NCBI GenBank assembly: GCA_949358305.1
Contig: OX442314.1
Location: 7,812,001 to 7,876,000 of the forward strand
DNA from: Strigamia acuminata
Lineage: Eukaryota
Length of the DNA: 64,000 nucleotides
Direction of reading: 5' to 3'
A program made the translations under genes and the position numbers. The first letter of the stretch is position 1. Each line of letters opens with the position of its first letter. This document shows, piece after piece, positions 24,857 through 34,929 of this stretch. Under the pieces are notes generated by a model. It saw nothing but the letters and a program-made list of their open reading frames with translations, made no database searches and was not told the DNA's origin.

Positions 24857-25174
24857 TGACTAATTGCTTCAATCAATCAGTCTTATCATTCGATCAACAT
24901 GTCCTAGGCTATTATTTGTTATTGTTGTTTTTCTTTACTTAAGTACCTTGTTATTGTTTTTCCCATCTTTGTCTCTGCTTTGAAATAAAGTACCTTGTTG
25001 TTATTTTTCTCAATTTATCTCCAATCTTCAAAGGACCCGAAGACTACTTTTAACCAAAGGAGGGATATTATTGGCTAGACTTCTTAACCAATGGGAAACT
25101 AGTATTGTATATATACTTGCAATGTCCTACACACTTCTCTTCTCTTCTTGCAAGTGCTTGGTACTGTTTGAATC

Positions 25175-25681
25175 ATGGAATTTAACCACATCCACTCTGA
25201 ATTTGAAGAGTTGCTTATGGAAGTTGAAGAATCTCTCTTTCCTCAAGTAAACACGCCCAATCCTCTACCGGATGTTGATGAAGAAAATGGTTACAATGAT
25301 TCTCCATGTTGGATTTATAATCATTCTTCCATTTACCCACTCTCACCACCTACCATCATCAACCAGTCTCAACATGTGCCATCTCCAACCATCATCAACC
25401 AGTCTCAACTTGTGTCATCTCCAACCTGCGTCATCCAATCTCAACCTGTGTCATCTCAATCATGCAATCCATTGTTATCATGTGAGTCTCCCTACCACTA
25501 CCAATCAAATTTGCACAAAGCAGGAACAAGCAACATCATCAATCCCCCATCTCCTATGACACTAGTGCAACAAATTGGAGGTGGACAGAAAGTACATTCG
25601 TGTGAGTACTGTCATCGACATAAGAGTCAAAGAAGGCGACAAGGTACAAACAACATACTAATTTTCTTTCAAAATTTCTAA
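25175..25681 (+). other. Foreign ORF fragment (S/P/Q-rich, ending in half a C2H2-like CxxC) fused to PC sequence at 25608; also 44003-44509 and 51609-52115
   Basis: 168-codon ORF with upstream CCAAT/ATTGG and TATATATA. CpG-poor. PC homology starts within the HSCEYC codons. Confidence 0.5.
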
Positions 25682-25843
25682 AATTCTTTTTCGCAGGTTG
25701 AAAAAGGCGCACCGATGGTCGTCCTCAGCGCCATGAAAATGGAAATGGTGGTCCAAGCGCCCATGAGTGGAACCATCAAGAAAATCCACATCGCCAAAGA
25801 CATGAAACTCGAAGGAGATGATTTAGTTCTCGAATTGGAATGA
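25608..25843 (+). pseudogene. Duplicated PC 3' end: last 36 nt of exon 13, 53-bp intron and intact terminal exon 25697-25843
   Basis: [48 protein letters not shown]; splice sites intact. Confidence 0.9.
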
Positions 25844-26213
25844 ACAACCAACTAATCATATCCCTTCATTTATTTTCTAATTAATTTCAATTTTTGACTG
25901 CTTTTATGATCAAACTGCCAATCGGACGAATGAATCGTGTGCAAAACAAATCAGCGGATTCCATGATTCCAGTTCTCTCTATTATTATTATATCGTTTAA
26001 TCGTTCTGACAAATGTATATGTATATATAAGATTTTATCAAGTTGTATCGTTTTCTTCCTTGCAAAAATCGTGCCTGCGTAATTCAAGTGTCTTCCAAAC
26101 GTTGAATTTGTAATTTCTAGAATTTGATAAAACTCCGAGGAAATTTAATAACTTTTGTATTTTTTAATTTTTATTTCCATAATTACAATCACATTTTACA
26201 CCAAAACGTCGTT

Positions 26214-29200
26214 TTAATAGTCAAACATGTCGTTTTGCGAGTTGACGACGAATTCGTCGACGGTGGGTTCCGTCTTAAGCTTTTCGACGCCGAAATTGCT
26301 TTGCCACGAACATATCGAGGCCAGGAAACTTTCGTCTTCTTGCGTGAGGTTTTTCTTCATGTCGCCATTTTTCCTTTTTTTATTTTCCTTACCGTTCGTT
26401 TCTTTCTCTTTTTCGCGTCGCCGCTTCAATTTGCATTGCGTCGAATCGTCTTCGTCTTCGTCTTCGTTTCGTTTCTTTTCCTTCCGTTTCGCCCTCTTGT
26501 TCATCACCGCATTATCATCCTCGACAAAATTTTCCTCGTTTCCGTCTCGTTTTTTCCGTTTCCTGTGCTTCTCGTGGTCGGAACCGTCCGTTTCGTTCCC
26601 GTTTCCGTGTTTCCGTTTCCCCTTTTTACCTTTTGCCACCTCCTTTTCCTCCTGGCGACGTTTCTTCGCCTTTCTTCCACTTTTTTCGACCACGGGGCTC
26701 TTGAGAACCTCCAAACAATCGTCCACCGACGACCGCAAATTCGCAAACACGTCGTCCTCCTCGCTCGACGCGAACGTCACGTCCATCTGGGGTACGGAAT
26801 ACCCGTCACCGTTCGTACAGACGCTCAAATCGTGGCAAACTTGGACCAATTCGAGCGGGTCGTGGAACAAAGTGACTTCGCAGCCCGACAGCCGCTGGCC
26901 GGGCTCGAATTGCTCGCAGTAGACGCCATTTTGATTTTCCGGCCTAAATACGTGGTCGTAATGAATGAAGTTGGTGTCGCTGTTTAAATTTCCGTCGCCA
27001 GAGACCATGACTAGCCGGCTATTTGGTGTTTCGTCGTCGTTGTCGTCGTGGTGGTTAATTGCGACTATTCCGCTGAATTCGGGTGTTTCGGCGCTTTGGT
27101 CGAGGATTGTGGTGTTGTAGGCCGAGTCGTCGGTTGGTTTGTTTTCGTGTTCGTCTTCGTCGAGATCTGTTGTGTCCAGTTTGAGGAATAATTCCAAAAT
27201 GGAGTCGAGTTTGACGAGGTGTTTTTCGTGGTGTCGGGAAAGTTTGCGCCGAACTTTCTTGGTGTATTCGTTTTCTGGAAATGGTATGGGTTTTAAATGT
27301 TTTCGTTTGTCAAAAATGCACTTTTGTTAGGCGCAAGAATTCATTTTTTTGGTGTAAAATTATTTTTTTTGGTGTAAAATTATTTTTTTTGGTATGAAAT
27401 TATTTTGTTTAATGTAAAATTATTTATTTTTCGTATAAAATAATTTTTTTTGGTGTAAAATTATTTTTTTTGGTGTAAAATTATTATTTTTTTGGTGTAA
27501 AAATGACATTTTTTGGTGTAAAAATGACATTTTTTGGTGTAAAAATGACATTTTTTGGTGTAAAAATGTCATTGTTTGGTGTAAAATAGCATTCTTTTGT
27601 GCAAAAATGCATCATTTAATGCAAAATTTCATTTTTTTTATGCATCTTTGGTGCAATTAATTTTTTGGTGTATTTTTGGTTCAAAAATGCAAATCGATTC
27701 ATTTGGTGCCAAATGCAAAAATCATAAAAAAAGAGTTATATTTTATACCTGTATTTGTCAACGACATGAAAACCACCGCCTTGTTAAGAAACAAATCCGC
27801 TCTTTGCACACTTTTAATCTTCACTTCCTTCAACACAAAATGGAATTCGGGCCACCAATCGGACCTACCCCTCCACAACTCTCCCAACTTCTTAAACTCC
27901 GCTCGAACAGGACTAAAAAAAAACATAAAAAACATAAACAAACAAACAAAGAAACCAACAATAATTTCCTTCACACACAATTGATACAAATTCAATATCC
28001 GATTTGCAAAAATATTCCACGCCGACGCGTCATTCTTCCACTGCGGATGATCGATCATATTAAAATACGACTCCAGCTCCAAACAGTTATTCGTCGACCT
28101 CAACAACGAAGGAAAATCGAAAATCCTTCTATCACATGGTTTCACCAGTTGCAATTTCTAAAAAAAAAAATTAAAATTAAATTAATGATACAATGAATAT
28201 TTTTTTCGTCACCTTTAATGTGGTCACCAACAACGTCCTGAGATGTTTAAAATGTTTACGGACGAAATCGTAAAAGAAAATATACGCGTTTGGATTCAAC
28301 GGGTTCGATTTGCAGTAATTATGCAACGTGACGATCGCTTTTTCTTTCCTATCGCAAAATTCCATCAACTAAATTAAAAATTATTAATAAAAAACAATTA
28401 TTTTCGACTTTATCGATTTTTTATTTCGATTTCAAACCTCGAGATATTTCGAAACGAACATGTCCCAATTGCCGGGCTCCTGAAACAGCGCTTCGAACAT
28501 CTCGATCGCGTTGTTTGCCAAACTTCCACGCTCGTGGATCTGTAAACGCGTTTGTCGTTCTTGCGAATCTAAAAAAAAAAAAATTAATCAAATCGATTTA
28601 ATATGAGATTATGAATGAAATCGATTTAATATGAGATTATGAATGAAATCGATTTACAGATGTCGTCTTCGTCGTTTTGTCCGATTCCTTCTTCGCTGGT
28701 CACCCAATCGATGTATTTACACAGCGCTTTGTAAGCTTTGAGTATGGTAAACACATGTTTTTGTTTTTCGTTCAGTTTGGGAATGAAAATTTTCTTTAAA
28801 ACGGTTTCGTCCTGTGAAAAAATGATTGAAATTATTAAAAATTACGATTTTGGAGTTTGGAAATGAGAAAAATGAGAAAAATTACTTCAATTATTTGTTT
28901 GGCGGTTACGAAATCGCCGTTTATTAGCAGCACCATTACGTTTTTCAAAATGGACGCCGGGTGGAAGACTTTGTCCATTCTGGCCATCGAACTGAAACAA
29001 GCAAAATTTAAAAAAATTTATAACTATTGAAAATTATGGGGGAAAAAATTACGTACTTTGAAAATTGATTTAATAATTCGTAATTCGATCTAGAATGATT
29101 GCAAAATACTTGAAATCCAGCCTGTAATTAAGCAGGAAAAGATCGTAAATGTTTAAGATGACGTATAATTTAGTTTTTCACCATTGCTATTATCTCGGAA

Positions 29201-29318
29201 GTGCGATCCGTTTCGTATGTTAACGCGTTTAATATTTTCGCGGCGGCTTTCCACCGATGACAAACGATGGTTTCCTTCAACATGGCAATTTGTCTTTGAG
29301 ACCAAAGCGTTAACGGCC
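26214..29318 (-). CDS. TAF1A: TAF1A (TAFI48)-like Pol I SL1 subunit, copy 1; exons 29318-29182, 29121-29057, 28991-28886, 28811-28658, 28568-28438, 28368-28213, 28157-27979, 27912-27749, 27274-26214; start exon unresolved
   Basis: Spliced product shows colinear motifs that match my recollection of vertebrate TAF1A: NHSRSN, ILKAYKALCKYIDW, PGNWDMFVSKYLELMEF, NPNAYIFFYDF, DHPQWKNDASAW, WRGRSDWWPEFHF. Phases consistent over ~717 codons; long D/E/K/R-rich tail. Confidence 0.85.
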
Positions 29319-29329
29319 CTAAAATCAAA

Positions 29330-30650
29330 CAAAAATAGTAAAAAATCATAAAAAACGTCAAAAAAAAGTAAAAAAATATATTAAAAACGTCAAAAAAAGT
29401 AAAAATATATATGAAAAAAGTCGAAAAATGTTTAAAAATAACAAAAAAAAGTCTAAAAATATTTTAAAAACTTCTAAAAATGTAAAAATATTTTAAAAAC
29501 TTCTAAAAATGTAAAAATATTTTAAAAACTTCTAAAAATGTAAAAATATTTTAAGTACGTCTAAAAATATCAAGAAATGTCAAAAAAGTTTCAAAATATC
29601 AAAAAACGTCTGAAAATATCAAAAAACGTCTGAAAATATCAAAAAACGTCTGAAAATATCAAAAAACGTCTGAAAATATCAAAAAACGTCTGAAAATATC
29701 AAAAAACGTCTGAAAACATCAAAAAACGTCTGAAAATATCAAAAAACGTCTCAAAATATATTAAAAACGTCTAACAATATATTAAAGACGTTGGGTTAGG
29801 TTAGGTAAAGGCACGTTAGGTTAGGTTACGTTACGTTAGGTTAAGGGCACGTTAGGTTAGGGCACGTTAGGCTACAATTTTGTTCAAAAATGTCAAAAAT
29901 TTTAGAAACTTTTAGAAATTTGACAAAAGTTTGTAGAAGTTTGGCAAAAATTTGTGGAAAAAAAGGCCAAAACTGGAGGAAAAGGCAAACTTTAGGGGAA
30001 AAAAAGGCAAAAATTGACAAAAATTTGGAGAAAAAAAAGGCAAATGTTGGGGAAACAAGGCAATATTTGAAAAAAATTGGACAAGTTTGACAAAAGAAAT
30101 TGTAGAAATTTGACAAAAAAAAATTGACAAAATATTGACAAGATTTCGCGAGTTTGTTCAACATTTTATTGTTTGATATTTCATCATATTTCGCGTTTTG
30201 AATGAAAATGAAAATTTAGCACCAAACAGGGAGAATGATTTACCGCACGAGGACAAAATCAATTGAAACTCAGTTGAAAAATGGTAAAATTTCACAAAAT
30301 TTTCAGTAAAAATTCGCAAAACTACAAAATTTTATTGAAAAAAACCCAGAACTTGAGAAAATTTTATTGAAAAATCCCAAAACTTGAGAAAATTTCATTG
30401 AAAAATCCCAAAACTGGAGAAAATTTTATTGAAAAATCCGAAAACATGAGAAAATTTTATTGAAATATCCCAAAACTTGAGAAACTTTTATTGAAAAATC
30501 CCAAAACTTGAGAAAATTTCATTGAAAAATCCGAAAACATGAGAAAATTTTATTGAAAAATCCGAAAACATGAGAAAATTTTATTGAAATATCCCAAAAC
30601 TTGAGAAACTTTTATTGAAAAATCCCAAAACTTGAGAAAATTTCAGTAGC
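29330..30650. repeat. Module B repeat block: ~29-, 20- and ~31-bp A-tract satellites plus TTAGG-like cluster (29794-29872); present in every B unit
   Basis: AAAAAACGTCTGAAAATATC and TTGAAAAATCCCAAAACTTGAGAAAATTTTA arrays; GGTTAGGTTAGG..GCACGTTAGG. Confidence 0.9.
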
Positions 30651-31416
30651 TGCATTCAAAAATAAAAATAACAATTTTAGTTTAAGTGTATTTTAAGTTT
30701 TAACATGGGTTTAAACAAGAAATGATGTCATTTTTGGTTTAAAATGGAAGTAAAACACAAAATATTTTAGTTTTTGAATGCAGCTAGCAAAAAAAAATGA
30801 TAAAACACTTCAAATTTCCAACAAATCTCATAAAATTCCCCAACGTCCCCAATGAATTGGCTCAAACACAATAAATAAATAAATAAACACAATAAATACA
30901 ATAAAAAATACAATAAATACTTTATTATGTGCTCATTTATCCGGACTAAAAACAACATCAAACAACACATTTCAATTCTAGTAGTGAACCGCCGAGTCGA
31001 GTGTGATCACGCTCAACAATCACAATTCACAACAATTCGCGATTCAAAATGGCTCCTAACCATAACTCACTCGCTCGAGCTCCTCGATCAGTCCTCACCC
31101 GACCCAGTCTCATTATGAAATGGCATAATCCTGTGCAAGCCACTCGCCCTTATATCACCTAGACTATATATAGTAGTAGTACAGATACATAAAGACCTAT
31201 ACTTATAGTATAATAATATAATGTTTTGTACATAAGTAAATATTTCTAGGCTTAAGTTTAACATGCAATTGCATGTTAATCTGGGAACAAGTAGAGAATG
31301 TGACGTTTTCAATACTGCTCCAAGATCATTACATCATCAGATCAGCTTTTAAAAAGTCCCTACAATGGATACCCTCAAACCCTCACTTGTCAGACATCAA
31401 ATTGAACAAATGCAAC

Positions 31417-31490
31417 GAGCGGAACCATCAAGAAAATCCACATCGCCAAAGCCGAAGTTAGGAGACGATTTAGTTCTCGAATTGGAATGA
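31417..31490 (+). pseudogene. 5'-truncated degenerate PC terminal exon at the B-unit junction; repeated at 36988, 42599, 50205, 57811, 63422
   Basis: GAGCGGAACCATCAAGAAAATCCACATCGCCAAAG..GGAGACGATTTAGTTCTCGAATTGGAATGA; lacks the acceptor and AMKM, with an internal indel. Confidence 0.9.
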
Positions 31491-31864
31491 ACAACTAATT
31501 AATCAGTATCCCTTCATTTATTATTTTCTAATTAATTTCAATTTTTGACTGCTTTTATGATCAAACTGCCAATCGGACGAATGAATCGTGTGCAAAACAA
31601 ATCAGCGGATTCCATGATTCCAGTTCTCTCTATTATTATTATATCGTTTAATCGTTCTGACAAATGTATATATATATATAAGATTTTATCAAGTTGTATC
31701 GTTTTCTTCCTTGCAAAAATCGTGCCTGCGTAATTCAAGTGTCTTCCAAACGTTGAATTTGTAATTTCTAGAATTTGATAAAACTCCGAGGAAATTTAAT
31801 AACTTTTGTATTTTTTAATTTTTATTTCCATAATTACAATCACATTTTACACCAAAACGTCGTT

Positions 31865-34800
31865 TTAATAGTCAAACATGTCGTTTTGCGAGTTGACGAC
31901 GAATTCGTCGACGGTGGGTTCCGTCTTAAGCTTTTCGACGCCGAAATTGCTTTGCCACGAACATATCGAGGCCAGGAAACTTTCGTCTTCTTGCGTGAGG
32001 TTTTTCTTCATGTCGCCATTTTTCCTTTTTTTATTTTCCTTACCGTTCGTTTCTTTCTCTTTTTCGCGTCGCCGCTTCAATTTGCATTGCGTCGAATCGT
32101 CTTCGTCTTCGTTTCGTTTCTTTTCCTTCCGTTTCGCCCTCTTGTTCATCACCGCATTATCATCCTCGACAAAATTTTCCTCGTTTCCGTCTCGTTTTTT
32201 CCGTTTCCTGTGCTTCTCGTGGTCGGAACCGTCCGTTTCGTTCCCGTTTCCGTGTTTCCGTTTCCCCTTTTTACCTTTTGCCACCTCCTTTTCCTCCTGG
32301 CGACGTTTCTTCGCCTTTCTTCCACTTTTTTCGACCACGGGGCTCTTGAGAACCTCCAAACAATCGTCCACCGACGACCGCAAATTCGCAAACACGTCGT
32401 CCTCCTCGCTCGACGCGAACGTCACGTCCATCTGGGGTACGGAATACCCGTCACCGTTCGTACAGACGCTCAAATCGTGGCAAACTTGGACCAATTCGAG
32501 CGGGTCGTGGAACAAAGTGACTTCGCAGCCCGACAGCCGCTGGCCGGGCTCGAATTGCTCGCAGTAGACGCCATTTTGATTTTCCGGCCTAAATACGTGG
32601 TCGTAATGAATGAAGTTGGTGTCGCTGTTTAAATTTCCGTCGCCAGAGACCATGACTAGCCGGCTATTTGGTGTTTCGTCGTCGTTGTCGTCGTGGTGGT
32701 TAATTGCGATTATTCCGCTGAATTCGGGTGTTTCGGCGCTTTGGTCGAGGATTGTGGTGTTGTAGGCCGAGTCGTCGGTTGGTTTGTTTTCGTGTTCGTC
32801 TTCGTCGAGATCTGCTGTGTCCAGTTTGAGGAATAATTCCAAAATGGAGTCGAGTTTGACGAGGTGTTTTTCGTGGTGTCGGGAAAGTTTGCGCCGAACT
32901 TTCTTGGTGTATTCGTTTTCTGGAAATGGTATGGGTTTTAAATGTTTTCGTTTGTCAAAAATGCACTTTTGTTAGGCGCAAGAATTCATTTTTTTGGTGT
33001 AAAATTATTTTTTTTGGTGTAAAATTATTTTTTTTGGTATGAAATTATTTTGTTTAATGTAAAATTATTTATTTTTCGTATAAAATAATTTTTTTTGGTG
33101 TAAAATTATTTTTTTTGGTGTAAAATTATTATTTTTTTGGTGTAAAAATGACATTTTTTGGTGTAAAAATGACATTTTTTGGTGTAAAAATGACATTTTT
33201 TGGTGTAAAAATGTCATTGTTTGGTGTAAAATAGCATTCTTTTGTGCAAAAATGCATCATTTAATGCAAAATTTCATTTTTTTTATGCATCTTTGGTGCA
33301 ATTAATTTTTTGGTGTATTTTTGGTTCAAAAATGCAAATCGATTCATTTGGTGCCAAATGCAAAAATCATAAAAAAAGAGTTATATTTTATACCTGTATT
33401 TGTCAACGACATGAAAACCACCGCCTTGTTAAGAAACAAATCCGCTCTTTGCACACTTTTAATCTTCACTTCCTTCAACACAAAATGGAATTCGGGCCAC
33501 CAATCGGACCTACCCCTCCACAACTCTCCCAACTTCTTAAACTCCGCTCGAACAGGACTAAAAAAAAACATAAAAAACATAAACAAACAAACAAAGAAAC
33601 CAACAATAATTTCCTTCACACACAATTGATACAAATTCAATATCCGATTTGCAAAAATATTCCACGCCGACGCGTCATTCTTCCACTGCGGATGATCGAT
33701 CATATTAAAATACGACTCCAGCTCCAAACAGTTATTCGTCGACCTCAACAACGAAGGAAAATCGAAAATCCTTCTATCACATGGTTTCACCAGTTGCAAT
33801 TTCTAAAAAAAAAAATTAAAATTAAATTAATGATACAATGAATATTTTTTTCGTCACCTTTAATGTGGTCACCAACAACGTCCTGAGATGTTTAAAATGT
33901 TTACGGACGAAATCGTAAAAGAAAATATACGCGTTTGGATTCAACGGGTTCGATTTGCAGTAATTATGCAACGTGACGATCGCTTTTTCTTTCCTATCGC
34001 AAAATTCCATCAACTAAATTAAAAATTATTAATAAAAAACAATTATTTTCGACTTTATCGATTTTTTATTTCGATTTCAAACCTCGAGATATTTCGAAAC
34101 GAACATGTCCCAATTGCCGGGCTCCTGAAACAGCGCTTCGAACATCTCGATCGCGTTGTTTGCCAAACTTCCACGCTCGTGGATCTGTAAACGCGTTTGT
34201 CGTTCTTGCGAATCTAAAAAAAAAAAAATTAATCAAATCGATTTAATATGAGATTATGAATGAAATCGATTTAATATGAGATTATGAATGAAATCGATTT
34301 ACAGATGTCGTCTTCGTCGTTTTGTCCGATTCCTTCTTCGCTGGTCACCCAATCGATGTATTTACACAGCGCTTTGTAAGCTTTGAGTATGGTAAACACA
34401 TGTTTTTGTTTTTCGTTCAGTTTGGGAATGAAAATTTTCTTTAAAACGGTTTCGTCCTGTGAAAAAATGATTGAAATTATTAAAAATTACGATTTTGGAG
34501 TTTGGAAATGAGAAAAATGAGAAAAATTACTTCAATTATTTGTTTGGCGGTTACGAAATCGCCGTTTATTAGCGGAAGACTTTGTCCATTCTGGCCATCG
34601 AACTGAAACAAGCAAAATTTAAAAAAATTTATAACTATTGAAAATTATGGGGGAAAAAATTACGTACTTTGAAAATTGATTTAATAATTCGTAATTCGAT
34701 CTAGAATGATTGCAAAATACTTGAAATCCAGCCTGTAATTAAGCAGGAAAAGATCGTAAATGTTTAAGATGACGTATAATTTAGTTTTTCACCATTGCTA

Positions 34801-34929
34801 TTATCTCGGAAGTGCGATCCGTTTCGTATGTTAACGCGTTTAATATTTTCGCGGCGGCTTTCCACCGATGACAAACGATGGTTTCCTTCAACATGGCAAT
34901 TTGTCTTTGAGACCAAAGCGTTAACGGCC
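31865..34929 (-). pseudogene. TAF1A: TAF1A-like copy 2, frameshifted
   Basis: 34-bp exonic deletion at ~34573 (ATTAGC^GGAAGAC), 6-bp in-frame loss in the ED run, V>I change. Confidence 0.8.

Noticed and set aside
25175..25843. In-frame fusion of the foreign ORF to the PC biotinyl domain
   Set aside because: The ORF crosses the PC segment in a different frame; the spliced product hits TGA immediately.
26124..26987. Plus-strand hydrophobic 287/231-aa ORFs in every B unit
   Set aside because: Antisense shadows of the K/E/R-rich TAF1A last exon.
27699..28154. 151-aa ORF with an apparent transmembrane segment
   Set aside because: The hydrophobic stretch is read-through of a 66-bp stop-free T-rich intron (27978-27913).
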